Source of the DNA: Moniliella sp. 'wahieum'
Taxonomy: Eukaryota
NCBI GenBank assembly: GCA_003971905.1
Contig: RSEE01000011.1
Span: 434,001-498,000 of the forward strand
DNA: 64,000 nt
Direction: 5' to 3'
In this document: positions 24,200-37,612 of the stretch, piece by piece
How positions within the stretch are numbered: the stretch's first letter is position 1
How the letters are laid out: every line of letters starts with the position of its first letter
Notes under the pieces: model-generated
The model's database searches: none
Told to the model about the DNA's origin: nothing
Seen by the model: only the letters and a program-made list of their open reading frames with translations
Position numbers and translations under genes: made by a program

Positions 24200-26542
24200 C
24201 AAAGAGGGTTAATTTTCGTAGCAAGATAGTCCAGTCTGTTTCTCTCTGAAAAACGAGAGAGCGATCTGAAGCGTAGGTCCATCCGGGGAGCAGAAGTCCT
24301 TTGGCATTCGCCGTCGGTAAAAGTATTCCTGAGGCAGGGGGGTGGGATATGGGAAAAACGGATTGGTTGGAGTAGGGGAAGAGGAGAAGCAAGTAGGAAA
24401 GGAAGGGCGTGCAATGGCCAGGGTCGCTCAAACACACCCGATATCATAGATCCACAGCAGGTAAAATGGATCTCCATAACAGATGACGTGACCGTATACT
24501 CATACAGCGTGCGGTAGATTGGCAAATGAAGAGGGTGATGGAGGGGTTAATACGTGAAAGGGGGGCAGGGGTTCTAAGAAGGGTGGGTCATCGTGATCGA
24601 CATGAGATGGTCTCCAATCAAAAAGAGAAAGGAGACTGCTTGGGAATAACGATCGCGGTAGGAGCCCGATAAGAAAACACTGGCAGAGGCTGGAGAAGAA
24701 CGACGTAAACAGGTGGATAGTGGGAGGGGAAGTTTGATGCCAGAGCAGGTTGTCCGTGATGCTCCCTTTTCCCTTTACATCCGCCCCTGATACTTTCCAC
24801 AAGAAGACCATCAGCCCGGTTCCGCGAGGGGTTTCTTATATCGCTTCCCATGAAGGGTGCGGTGAGGCGGGGTAGATATTGGTTCGACAGATGTACCATC
24901 CGCCGCTTGAACAAACAAGGCGGGTACCTGGTGAGCCATGGGCATAGTTGGAAGGAACATGCCGGGTTCAGTTGCTGCTTCCCAGGAGACGGACGGGAGA
25001 GGTAGAAGGTAAGAGATGCTCTTCACCTGAGAGGCTCATCTCGTTGTGAACATGGGCCGCGGCAGAGTGGGTCGGATTGTGCTCTGTGAACGAGCCAGAG
25101 TTGATCGAATGGGATGACCCTCGAGCTCTTGCAGGAAAAGATTCAGTGACATCACTCGAATAACTGGATGTACCAGCCTGAACAAGCAAGACAAAAGCAG
25201 AGATGTGTGCAGCCATTCAATCCTCACATGTCACAGTAATCATTCCCTTTTGGGCTCCTGGCAAACCATAAAGAGAAGAAGGTTGTCGAGGGAAACGAAG
25301 TAGTAACACACTGACCTGACGAGGCATAAATTCCTGATGATGAATCCAATCCCCTAGATTTTGTTCAAGTGGATAGGCGGGAGGGAGTGTTCCAAGTGCA
25401 GAAGTCTCCGGACCCCAAAGCATGGAAGAAGTACGGATATCCGCATCGTCCATTAGGGCAATGGAGATGGCACCAATGATTGAAGGGGGGAATGATCTTG
25501 ACCGACACCACTCGATTGGAACCGAGGAGATCGAAGTAAGAGTGGGGCCTTGTCGCTCCACGAGCGCCCCTTGGTGTGGGGAGAATGTGGACCACTTGCG
25601 GGATATGCCGGTAAGGACGAGAGCCAGGTCGGGGACGTGAGGAGGGGGGGAGGCGGATGGTGGAAGCCTTCTAGAGACTCGGAATGGCCCACCAAAGGTG
25701 GAAATGTAGAGGATGATGATGAGGGTGCAGTGTTGAGGAACCAGCCTCGAAACCGATCGCAATGAGTTGCCAATACCCACGTTTCTCTCGTCCGGAAGAG
25801 AAGAGATCAGTTCCATGCGGATGATAGAGGTTGGGATTCTGCATCCTCATAGCAGCCTCAGTATCGGGCATGGGAGTCCAGTCCAGTCCCAGAAGAAATG
25901 GTAGATTCATAAGGTCAATGCCCTGAAGAAGAGGAACTTGGTTTGTTATCTCTCCATCAGGGTAAGAGAAGGATGCAGATGAACTGGCCGCGGCACTTGC
26001 ACTGGCTTCCGCAGAGTACGTCTGCCATACACAGAGTTAGGGAAATTAGCAACAAAACCAAAGGAAAAGAGACGACTCTATTATGATCACGACAGAAACC
26101 AAGGTGCGGATCAAGTAACAGCCGGAAGGGTGGTACGGAACGGGAGGAGGGGGATGAGGGCGGATAGGACCTACACATTCCAGTTTCTTCTCGCAGCGAG
26201 AGCATGGTCGTCCCAAAGAGCATCTTGCCTTGCCTTGACGCAGGACACAGCTCTTTTGACGAGGGATATGGGGTTTGCGAGCCGATCTTTTCGCGCTTCA
26301 CGTGTCGGGCAAAGAGATCATGACGAGTAAAACTTGAAGCAGTTGGGGCAAACGTGCTGTTGGTTATTGTGTGAAGGGGGAGGACGAGAAGGTTCCAGTG
26401 GAGGAGGAGGGTGGGGTCGCCCATGAGGCTGGCTCGCACTGTGCCGGGACCGAGTTTTGCGTTGAGGAGGGGCGTACAAGGAACAGGGCGAAACAGTATC
26501 AGGTTGGACAGCGCGAAAAGCCTGGACCGTCGTTTTACTCAT
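24200..26542 (-). CDS. Transcription factor with an N-terminal C2H2 finger followed by a Zn(II)2Cys6-like cluster; heavily frameshifted, possibly a pseudogene
   Basis: HVCPNCFKFY..RHDLFARHVKRE (about 26290-26360), then RQKSCV...KARCSLGRPCSRCEKKLEC (about 26175-26262) followed by a GTAGGT donor. The downstream frame is fragmented and the 3' end uncertain. Confidence 0.55.
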
Positions 26543-28512
26543 GCAGCAGCACCTTTCTTCACGCTAGGGGCGGTTGTAGGGAGTAGCCAAAGAAGAGGCG
26601 AAACGACTGAGAAACAGGAACACGGGCGCGTGAGTGCTTGTAGTGGTGGCAAGGGGGGGTTGGTGCAGCGAAGGAAATAGCAACAGGCAAACAAGCGTGG
26701 ACAGCTGAAGTTCAACGTTCAACATTCAATGTATACCAAATGCAGCGTTGAATATGGGGTGCCATACCGTGTGGGATACATAAGCATCACCAAAAGAGGT
26801 CTGACCTACAGCAGCTTACGTAGTGTGCGGTATCCCTCTGTTAACAACTACAAGTGATGGCGCACGTTTTTGCTGCCTTTGGTTCGTCCAAACTCAACAA
26901 GTGTGTGGGTTCAACACGCGGACAAGCCTTCGAGGCCGCGTGTAGCGTGTAGAGCCTGGCCTTGGCAAAGAGTCATGTCGAGCGAAAGCAATCCACACCT
27001 TGCGCAGCCATGGCGAATGGAAGTGCTTCACGTGCTCTCTTCTGAAGCTTCTTGTGGCGAGCAGATCTACTGAATGTCCAAAAAGGCGTCGTTCGCTTTT
27101 TGTTCTTCCTCTATCTGCTGCCATCGGGACGAGGACAGGGTGTTCTAGCAGGGCGTGGGGTCGAATTCGGAAGTGCTGGGAGTGGAGCGGGAAAGGAGTA
27201 TGGAGAAGGGGAGGATCACACCGGGGAATGTTCCTGAACATGCGGGTTGCTAGCATAGCACGAGTGCTGTTTTGCAATCGTTCCTTCCCTTATCGGTGAT
27301 CGTCGATGATCGGTTATCATTCTCACGCGTCACGTTCCTCAGGGGCTGAGCGCTGGGCCTCTCGGTGCTGGAGCTGAGTACTTAGCTGAGTATACGCTGA
27401 GTGCCGGACGAGAGCCCCAGCGCCTCGGCCCAGGCGCTCAGCACAGGGCGGCTTTGCGCGTGCTGAGCGGAGACGAGGCGGCTGCGCAGCCTGAGCGCCT
27501 GAGCGCTCTCGTGCATCGCAGCCGTCGGAGACCAGACGACCGACGCTGGATCCGTCGTGTTTCACCGCGCCGCAAGTCCGCGTACTGCCGCCCAACTCCG
27601 CGACCGAGGCACACGTGGCAGAGAGCGTTGGTCGTTTCAAAACGGAGTGGATACTTCGACTGCATGGTACACACCGAACGCGTTCTCATTTCACGCGTCA
27701 CGGGTCCGGCGATGGTCGACGGCCGATAGACTGGGTCTCGCCACGCAAGAGCGCCACCTCGGTTAGTGTTGTGCCAACATCAACGATTCAACGCGCAATC
27801 TTTTGAATGGATGGTGGTTACGTGGAAACCCAAATTCGCATGTGTCCTGCAAGTGGTTGCTCTCGGTTCCGGTCACCGGTCACCGCCGGTATGTCCGATC
27901 ATACTCACGTACAGACTGGCTGAGAAGAGTCAGGCCGATTCAATGGCACTAGACCCCCGCCACTGCGGCTCCACTGCCGCTATGTATACGTCCCCAAGAA
28001 TGTTCCGCGATCTATATCTTCCACCTTTTCCATTTAAAGGTATTCTATTTGAAAGCCACATAAGTCAAAGGGAGATAAGTGTGTACTATTGCGTGGTACA
28101 AAAAACGACCACTAAAAGGTGAGAATCACCGGCCTCTCACCAACGAAACCCAAAGGCACAAAGCGAGGGAAGAGGCAAATTTCCCTATGCTTGCATCACA
28201 TGAAAAAAGTGGCAAAAAAGGTGGGAGGGCCTTGTCGTAGCAGAAACGAGGGTAGGGTATCGGGCAACGGGTTATTCCAAAAACGTGGTACTCAACATTT
28301 ATACCCGTGACTCCACATCCATCAATCGCCCTCAAAAGGATGGATGGGATCTGAGCGTCTCAAAACAATGTCGGCGGTATGGGCTGAAGGGGAAGCCAAG
28401 AAACCGACGGTGCTTGGGGAGAGGGAAGGGGGGGAGAACGAGTCGAAAATGAAGGAAGAGCCTAGTCTGTCGATTCGGACGGCTTCTCCGTTGCCACGGC
28501 TCTTCAGCTGGC

Positions 28513-29628
28513 TTAGTATCCGTCTTCTTGGCCGCCCTCGTCCGGCTCGGTCTCCTTCGGGGACTCGGTTGGCTTCTTGTGTTCAAACTTGCCGGTCGTC
28601 CCGAATGCCCTCTGGTACGATCAAACAAGGAGTTTGGCCCTGAGACTGGTACTGTTCCTACCAGCTGCCTTTGTGGCAGGAGTAGAGTACCTGTTTCAGC
28701 TTCCACAGTACCGTTGGCAGCTTTGGGCGCGTCGCCAGGCTTCTCCTCCTCAGCCTTGGGCTTCTCACCAGGCTTCTCTCTCCCTTCTGCTCTTCCTTCG
28801 AAACTTCTTTCTCAGCCTTGGCAGCCTTCTCCTGGGAGTCTCCTCGTTTTACTGCCTCAACTTGGCTGTAGCATCCTCAATGGCCTTCTTTGTACGGTCC
28901 AGTAGGCCCGAAGGAAGCTTAGGAACCTTGATACTGAGGCGCCGACCCGCTTTAGCAGGCGCAGCTGCATCCGGTTTGGCGTTTTCCGCGCGATCTTGAC
29001 CTCCTTGGTCTCCTCCTCGGGCTTCTTCTCAGATGTGGGTTCCTCGGTAGGCTTCTCCTCAGCCTTGGGTTCCTCCTTGGGTGCTTGTTCCACTTTGGCA
29101 GCCTTAGTCTTCTCAGGAGGCTCTTCTGTCTTGCTGTGCTCAAACTTGGCCGCAGCATCCTCAATCGCTTTCTTGGTCCGGTCCAGCAGTCCGGCGGGCA
29201 ACTTAGGAACTTTGAAGCTGAGCCGGCGCCCGACGTTGTCTTTGGCAGGCGCAGGAGCATCAGGCTTTGCATCTTCAGCCACAGCCACCTTGACCTCCTT
29301 GGTTTGCTGGTCTTCGGCAGCCTTGGGCTGTGCTTCGCTTTCGACTGGTGCCTCCTCCTTCTTAGGCGTCGACGTAGGCGTTGCAGCACTCTCTTTGCTC
29401 TTCTTGTACGATAGGGGGGTTAAGAGGGATTGGAAACTGAACACGGTGTGCTTAGCGGGCACAGGCTCGGGCACGGCACGGGCTCGGGCTGGGGAGCCGG
29501 CTCGGTCTTGGCAGCTGTTTCGGCCTCGGTCTCAGGCGGAACAGTAGCCGCGGCTGCTCAATGGTAGCGGCGGCTGGAACAGGCTCTACCACAGCGGCGG
29601 CCGGCGCAGTCTCTAGCGCAACGGACAT
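28513..29628 (-). CDS. Hydrophilic K/E/P/A-rich protein with an internally repeated module of about 50 aa
   Basis: ORF 28857..29474 and flanking frames. ATG at 29628, TATA-like element near 29880. The module KPDAxAPAK..GRRLSxKVPKLPxGLLDRTKKAIEDAxAK occurs twice. Stop position approximate. Confidence 0.65.
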
Positions 29629-31812
29629 GTCTGTGAGGGTAAATGCACAAACACACAGCAGCAGTTAGGATCTGCCGTGGCCTTTTCGGCCTGCAGAGCC
29701 GCAATGGATGGAGAGGTGGGGGGAGGGGTACGTGCCTTGTAGAGGGGTAGAGGGAGTGGCGGGCAAGATGAAGGCGAAGGGGAGGGGTAGGATATAATAG
29801 TTGTCTGCCAAGCCCGGTGGTGAGAGGTTGGGAGAAGGTCGTATCTATGCGTTGGCTCTGTCCACCATGCAAACCTGTATATATAGAGAGTACCTCCATA
29901 CTATGAATACGCAGTTATCAGTTCAGGCCTCAGGTGGGTCCGGTGCGCGTGTGGCGCAATGAGGCGCGCGCGACGGTGGGGATGGCGAGGCTGACGCCAT
30001 GGGAGGTGGTGTGTGTGTTTTGCGTTTTGCGTTATTTGTGAGCGCGGAGCGATGAGCCGCTAAAGAGCTAATCTAGTTTTTCGCCCCCAAGTGGGCTGTA
30101 TATATCTGACCCAGCCCATGCGATCGACGATCGTAGTGTCCGACAAAAGGGACGTTACGCTACAGCGCACACAGACTACGGAGGAGAGAGAGGATGGCGG
30201 TCAGATGCTCTTAGCTGTGATCGATGATCTCCAGCCAATACCCAGGTATGACTGCCTCAGGCCCCGTCACCGTTCTCCCACCAAGGAATACGCCGATAGG
30301 CGCCCCCCTCACCCGACCGTGGCTGTGGAGTGCAATCGACACCCCCTGAATTTTAATCCTTCCTGTAGCACAGCGGCTCCACAAGTATGCTATGGCGCTC
30401 AAGTGCCCTATGCCACGCGCGCCACAGATACCGGTGACCGGTGACCGGTGACCCCGCTCGGGGACACAGCGTCATTGCGTCACCGCGCCACAGTATAAGT
30501 TAAAAGGATCCAAATTCAAAAAGTCCATGGCAGGTATTGGATTTGCCCGCATTATCCGACTTGCTTTCATTGGGCATTGGGCATTGCCCCTGATAGTACC
30601 TTCTTGCTATTACTGTGCTGCAGTTGTCCCAACAAAAGCTACCATCAAAGCCTCTCTCTCGAGAGAGAGACATCGTAATTAGGTGCTGGTGGTTTGTTGG
30701 CATTTGAAGTTTGACCAATTTGGTCCACCCCATCGATCGTGTAAAAACGTTTACCAAGTATACTATACGCTCATTCAGCCCCATGCGCACTGCATCCCGT
30801 TCGGACATGAGTCGTGAGTGGCCGGCGCCAGTAGTTCCTGATCTGCTGGCGAATCTCTACTAGTGGTTCTCCAATAAAGTCGGCACGAACACGATCGGAG
30901 CAACAGCAAATGTCGCCTTTGGTCCACCACCACAATTGACCGTAGTCTAGCATGAAAATGAGCAACATACTTATATACCCTCGACCGAGAACCTTCCCGC
31001 CTGCTCGCGCCCCGCTTGGCCTTGCCTCGCACAAGAGGGAAAAAAAGGAGGAGAGAGAGAGATCCATGGGCGGGAAACTGGTCTCCGTGTCCAATCACTG
31101 TAGCTACACCCACCCTGCGCCCGCCCGCCTTGCTTCCTGCACATCTGCCTATACCGTGCCGTACCTGCGGAATGGTATGACGGAGGACAGTTTATGCGTG
31201 TGGGGAGATGCTAAGTGTGGGGTCACAGCCCCGGGAAGGGAATAAGGAAGAAAGAAGGAGGAAGGAGGAAGACGATGGAATGTAGCCTCTGGTCGCGTTG
31301 GTAAAAACGAGTGTGTATCGTGCGAGCGCGAGGGATGCAGTGTAGGTGGCACAAATGGGTTGCTGGGACGGTATGGTAGGTATGGTATGGTGTGGGATGG
31401 TGTGGGATGGTATGGGTGGGGTGCTGGGGTGGGTGGGGAAGACGGCAAACGAAGACAATTGAACAAGGCAGCAAGGGCACGGAGGTACGAAGTAAACGAA
31501 AGCAAGAACGTCAAACAAAAAGGAGGAGAAGGAAGGAGCGTGGGACCGTGAGGTCAATATGGTTCAATAGGATCCCTCTTCACCAAAGTCAACCCAACCC
31601 GAGCGAGTAAAAGGTAAACGGGCGAGCAGAGACAAACAAAAAAGGACAAGGGGAAACACAAATGCCAAAGCACAGAGCAGAGACTGACAAGGATCCAACA
31701 CAGCACAGCACAAAGCGCTAGCGAAGAGGGAACACAGCCCCAAAAGGTGGCTCACACTGAACCGGAACAGTGTCAAAGGGGAGAGGTGTGGAGGGCAGGG
31801 GGGTTCCAAATC

Positions 31813-33824
31813 CTATCCGACCAACATGCATGGCAGACCAACATGTACCGTATCCCATGCTGCAGCATCCGCTGCTACCAACCAAAGTCCAGGTCCGGCT
31901 CGGTCTTGGGTGGCAACTGCAAGCCACCACGCGCCCCGTCCGCTCCTGGACGAGAGATGGGGATGCGCGGACGGGAGACGTGTAAGGTAAGCCCAGATGG
32001 ACTCCCGTGTCGCCCGTTTCCCACCCCCACAGAGAGGTAGAGGTGGTCCGGATGCGTGTGCATGTGCGTGTGCGTGGATGGACACGCACACGCGGAGGGG
32101 GAAGCAGGTACCGCGTGCACCCTGGTTCGGTTGCCGTAGTACCTGAGGCAGGGGAGGAGGCACAGGAAGTGGATCGGGTTCGCGGCGGGACAAGGGCGAG
32201 GGCGGAGGACGAAGGGAGCACGGTGGGGTTCGAGGGGGAGCGAGGTAGGTCCGGTAAGGCAGAGGACAAGTGTGGGTCGACTCGAGACTGTTCCGTGATC
32301 GTAACGGAGACAGTAACAGGGAGGAACAGCTAGGGTCGCCTCGTATGCTCGGCACTAGGCTGCGGTGGGGGGAGGTAGGGAGTGGGACGGGCGAAGAGGG
32401 ACATGCGCCCAAGGACCCCGACAAGCCTAACGAGCTCACTGCCGCCCAGGTCCAGCTGGGATCCGTTTCGAGCACCTCGCGATCTTCTGTTTCTTCTGGC
32501 GAGAGCGATAGAGCCGAGACGGAACGACCGTCAAGAGGAAGGGAGGAGAGCGAGTCGGTGCCATGCTGCGGGTACAGGAGTGGGCTGAGGTGGGACCCGT
32601 GTCTCCTCTTCGCCCTCGACGGACAGGAATCTTGTTTCGCCCGCCAGGCCAGCCAGGCTTCTCTCCGCATCTCCCTATAGTCCGCGCTCGAATACCGACT
32701 CGGTCCGCGCCGGCGCAGGCGGCAGACCGGGAAGGATGGTTTGCGAGTGGTACGTGGGTGCCGGAGCTGGGTCGTCTTCCCATTCGGGCCAGGAGGACGG
32801 AGGAAGAGGAGTAGGATGCACAAGTAAGTAGCCGCGATCAGCATGGATGAGCCAACGACGCATCTTGCCTACGCCTTCGTACCCTGCTGCACGGGTGGTG
32901 GGACGCGGACGCGCGCGCTCCTCTTCCTCCTCCGAGTCCAGCCCATACATTCGATACGGTACAAACCTTTCCCGTCCCTCGGCCGGTGGGGCCGCAGTCC
33001 AAGGTCGTCCAACGGAAGAGGCGCAACACGGTTCGTGCCTTTCCCCGTGGGAAGACGTGGCAGCTGCGGAGACCAGGGAGGGATGCTCATCGTCTGGGCC
33101 AGCGCACCCCCCCTCCCGACACGGCGCGATGCCCCTTGACCGTACGCATTGGTGAAGGTTCGCGGGAACCAAGGAACGGAGACGGTGCCCCTCCCGCGGA
33201 CGTACGGCTGCCAGAGGGGGTGGCGTGCGAGGCGTCGCAAGAGTCATCGGCAATGGACTCTGGTTCTCCTTCGTCCCATCGGTGGGCTTGGTGTACCACT
33301 TCTTTCCCTAGCACTGAATCTCACTCTCGTGCCGCCTGTGGATCTCGGCCGCCTGAGCAGGCGAAATCCATGTGCTTGCACATCTCCTTCCTCCCCGTTA
33401 CGGGGTACCGTGCCGGGGGAATGCGCCAGACTGGATTCCAACTCCATCTCCATCTCCATCTTTGGAGACGACACGGGAGACGCCACTTTGGATGGAGAAT
33501 CTCGATGGCTCACCATCGTAGACGTAGAGGCTGGAAGAACTGGACTCAGATTGCGATTCAACACGCCGTAGCCCCATCGGCCCCCCTCGTTACCAGTGGG
33601 TCTGTGCCGGCGTGAGTAGGAGGTGGGAAGAGGTCCGGCGGGCAGGCACCTTGGTGCCATCTGGAAGCGTGACTGTGCCTGTCCCCCCCGGACGAGCAGC
33701 AAGGATGGCCTGTCGAGTCTTCCAGCGCGCCAGCTCAATATCTTCCAGCGCTGGGGGCGGTGGCGAGGGGGGCAGATGACTCGTCGAAAGACCGAGTGGA
33801 TGGACCTGAAAGATGATTTCCATT
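31813..33824 (-). CDS. Hypothetical protein with one hydrophobic segment; frameshifted
   Basis: Overlapping minus ORFs 33590..33880, 33244..33738, 32675..33253 and 31813..32844. TATAAAAGG lies just upstream of the ATG at 33824. Hydrophobic segment LIAATYLCILLLFL. Confidence 0.4.
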
Positions 33825-33879
33825 AGCATTCCTTTTATACACATTTGAGGGGTTAGGGCGGTATATAAATGGCATACCA

Positions 33880-35300
33880 ATTAGACCACACCGCCTGCTC
33901 CTCCTCTTCCTGGTCGAGGTGGGTGGGACCCGGAGACCCGAATGCGAGTGTGGGCGGAGGCCGAAGTGGGGAGGACGTCAGGGGGCGCAGGATGGATCGG
34001 AAGTGGATGAAGCAAGTGGAAGAGCAGCGCTGGCGGCCCCTGGCGATGCCGAGGGTGAAGAGGAAGGGGCATGCGAGGTGGGCTGCGGTAAACGCAAGTG
34101 CGAAGCCGAGGGTACGTTTAACGCGGCATAGACGCTGGGAAGTGGACCGAACCGGACACGTAGGGGGGGCAGCGGCAGGGGCGGTAGTAGACCGCAGGTG
34201 CAGTGCGATCGTGGCGGACGAAGGGGGGGAAAGCGCGGATGCGAGCGCGGGGGACGGCGCCTTCGTACAGGCCTGGGCCGCGGCAGCAGACATGCGTGTA
34301 TTGATCAGTGCATTGATCATGGCCAGATCCTCGTCATCGAGTTGGGCTGCGGCTCGTCGTGCGTTCTGATGCGGGGGCGGGGTGGTCGGGGGCGCTGTGG
34401 CGGGAGCGCTGCGAGTCGAGGGAGGCAGGGCGCTGGTGGAGCAGGGCCGGAGGGAGACCGGGAGGGGAGGCATGGAAGAGCTGGGAGCGGCGGAGGGCAG
34501 GCTCGGCGGGCGGGGCGCGGATGCGGGTGGCGGTGCCCTGGGTGCTGGGCTCGTGGGCGATGAGGCAGGCGAGGCGGGCGCGGGCGCGGGCTGGGGGCGG
34601 CGTTGAGGAGGATGGAGGGCGGGCCATCCATGCGCTGGGCCATCGACGGTTGCGGGCGGTGGGGGGAGAGCGAGGCGGGGGTCGGCTGGGGCGGGTGGCA
34701 TGGCGGCGGGAGGGAGAGTAAGTCGGGTGTAATCGGTGCTGGGGTGATCGATGATCGATTAAGCTTAAAGCGTAAGGCTTAAGAACCCGTGGTTGAGAGG
34801 CGCTGCACACGGGCGGTGTGGCGTGCGTGCCGGGGATCCGAGCCCGTCGCATGCCGCGAACTGCCCAGCACACGCCGGCACTGCTGCACGCCCCACTGCT
34901 GCACTGCTGCCCCTGCTTCCCCTTGCAGCTGGGCCAGCCCGGCGCGGCCCTCTCGAAGTTCTGTGCGCGCCCGCTCCTGCCCGCCCGCGCTCGGCCAAAT
35001 GCTGGGCCATGCGCGGGGGACACTGCTGCCGTGCTGCCTGCCCCCCCCCCCCTGCCCCCCGCGGCGGGGTCTATGTGCCCCACAGACAGGCCCCGTGCGG
35101 CCTTCGCTGCCCGAGCTTCTGCGAACCAAAGGCGTTCGCTCAACACACGACTGAATGTTGCATCATTGAATATTCCACGTTCATCAGCGTCATCGCGTAC
35201 AGCCCAGTGGCAGCTAGTCTTTTCTTTTCGTCTGCGGAGCACTTCGTTGTACAGCAAACCCAGCAGGCCACGTCCCAACAGAAATCAACAGTTTTGTACA
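33880..35300 (-). mobile_element. Possible degenerate retroelement gag-like relic (DIRS/Ngaro-type)
   Basis: Very GC-rich island. ORF 34334..35278 reads LYNEVLRRRK...CHW...FNDATFSRV, then a G/R-rich linker and a Cys-rich CSSGACSSAGVC...H segment. No RT, RNase H or recombinase motifs are seen. Confidence 0.3.
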
Positions 35301-35510
35301 AAAGCGCAAAAGAACGAAGAGGCGTGGGCTGGTCACCGCCACGATCATCCGTGTCAACCGTTGGGGGGCCCAGCCAGCATGGAGAGGGGAGGGAGATACT
35401 ATATATACAAGACATGTGGCCAGACCGCAAGCAGAGAGCCCTCCGTCGTCCAGAGGAGACAACAAGAGCCATGCAGCGGCTGGGGAGGGAGAGACCATCC
35501 ACATGTTAGG

Positions 35511-37517
35511 TTAGGCCGTCTTTTTAGCGTCTGCCTTCTCATCCAGCTCATCGGATGGGGACATGGCATCAACAGCAGGCAGCATGTGCTGGTCGCCCAC
35601 ATGTTCAATCCCTTCTTCATCCTCGACCATTTCTTCCTGGCGGGAAGGACCATGTTCCGAGGTGCGCACCGCCGTTGTTGCACCAGCAATCGCATCCTTC
35701 TCAAAGTGCGCCCCATGTTCTTCCGGCCCACCACAATCACCGCCAACAAGTAAGCGCATACGACCCCGAGCAAAATCCCAGAAACCGTAGCGTAATCGGG
35801 CAAGGTACGTTCATTGTCCTTGCCCACCGGACGGGAAGGGTCGTATTCCGGATTGTCAATGCGAATTCCTTCTCCGCCCCGTGTCTCAATCTGGGCCGAA
35901 GAGGCCGAGACCATGTTGCCCAATTGGTACGCCAAGCCACTAAACGTCGCGCGAAAACCTGGGGGCGAGATTTCCGACAGGTAGACCGGCACGACGCCCC
36001 AGGCACCTTGAACCCCAAATTGGAGAAAGAACGCGCCGGCGGCCAACCCCCCAAAGCTCGAAGGTAAGATCCACGCTGGGATCAGCACGCCTGACAGAAT
36101 GACAAAGATGGCCATCGTCAGACGACGCCCGAGCCATTGGGAAATGTACCCGGCCAGCGTGCCCCCCACAATCGCACCACAGTTGGAAATAATGGTCGCT
36201 TTCGAGGCCAGCATGCTCCCTTCCTTGGCGGGCAAGTCGGCAAACTTGACCTTCTGAACCATGGTGGGGTAGAGGTCCTCTGTTGGGCGTTCCAGTCAGC
36301 CGTTCTTTTCCCGCAAGAAGAATACAAGATCAAAACAAGAAAAAGAGAGGAGGCAGTGGGCAACGTACGAGACGAATGACTGAGCCAGTTAAAGCCCGAC
36401 ATGAGCAAGATGCCATAGATGCATCGGACCCAATGTTCCTTGAGCATCGCCCACATATCCGACAAGAATTTGCGCACCTTGGATTGAGTCGTGGTATCGA
36501 TCCCAGCCTCTGCCGCTTCCTTTTGGGCTTTGTGGTATTCCAAAAACAGTTCCGACTCCCATACCACCCCCGCACCCCAGCGGAAAACAACGATAGCGCC
36601 GCCCCAAAGTAAAACAAGATCTTCCAGTTGTTGGTCCGGTTGACCACCGATACATTGACCGAGGCGGCCAACAGGTAGCCAAGCGCGTAACATTGCTGCA
36701 ACAAACCACTAAACAACCCACGCGGTGCGACTGGCATGTTTTCCAGCGCGGTGGCCGTGGACATGCCCCAGATGCCACCTGATTGTAGGTGGGTTGAGAC
36801 GAGGTGGGGAGACTCACACAGTTAGTCGTCACTGTATAGAGACGCTTCCTCCTCCATCACCCGCACCGCCTCTGTGTGCTCGTTTCCTCCGCCTACTCTT
36901 TGTCGTGAAAGACAAAGGGATACAAAGAGCACAGAGAGACAAGAGGAAAGCTGACGTACCCATGAAAATGCCAAAGAGGGAGCGGACCGCCAGGAACGGT
37001 CCATAACTCTTGCAGTATGTGGTGGCGAGCGACAAGGCCGAGACGCAGAGCAAGTTGAAGCAGAGGGGCCACTTGCGGCCAAAGCGATCGGAAATCAAGC
37101 CAAAGATGGCGGCGCCCAGAGGGCGGAAGAAGCGTAAGCGTGATAGAGGTAGTAATGTCGTTGGTGGATTTGTTGTATAGGACCGAAAGACGCGTGCTGG
37201 CCAAACTGACAGAAAAAAAGGGAAAAACAGGAACGGTGATGGTCTGAATGCCCCTATTTGTAAAAGGTGGGGGAGACCGACGATACGCTTCTCTTTTTCT
37301 GTTGTCCTTCAACCTCGCAAGTGACTTATGAAGTAGCGGGAGGGCAGAAGGGTTGTCCAATCACGTGAAAGACATTGCCAGGCTCACCAGCAAGGCGGGA
37401 ACTAGAGCAGGTGTGGAGAACAGGACAGGAAATCATCCGAGTCATTGGACGACCATGAATGGGCAACATTGGGGGAACCCGTAGCTGTGCAATCGTTGTC
37501 AGGTGACGGTTGCTCAT
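35511..37517 (-). CDS. JEN1: MFS carboxylic acid (lactate/sialate:H+) symporter, JEN1-like; introns plus frameshifts
   Basis: ITTSITLTL, SDRFGRKWPL, ATALENMPVAPRGLFSGLLQQ, SQWLGRR, QFGVQGAWGVVPVYLSEISPPGFRATFSGLAYQLGNMVSASSAQIE. Start uncertain. Confidence 0.88.
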
Positions 37518-37612
37518 CGCTCTCTACCAAAAAAGTGTGTGGAACGGGGGAGAACGGGTAGGGATGCGTGAGGATCGGACTAAGGAAAATGAGCCAGTAT
37601 ATTCAATGCCAC

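Noticed and set aside
26894..27277. 127-aa minus-strand ORF with a presequence-like start
   Set aside because: No recognisable domain; insufficient evidence.
30500..31113. Short Trp/Cys-rich minus-strand ORFs
   Set aside because: Fragmentary with no family signal; may be an orphan gene, but unsupported.
33849..33858. GGGTTAGGG as an interstitial telomere
   Set aside because: Only about one repeat unit; expected by chance.
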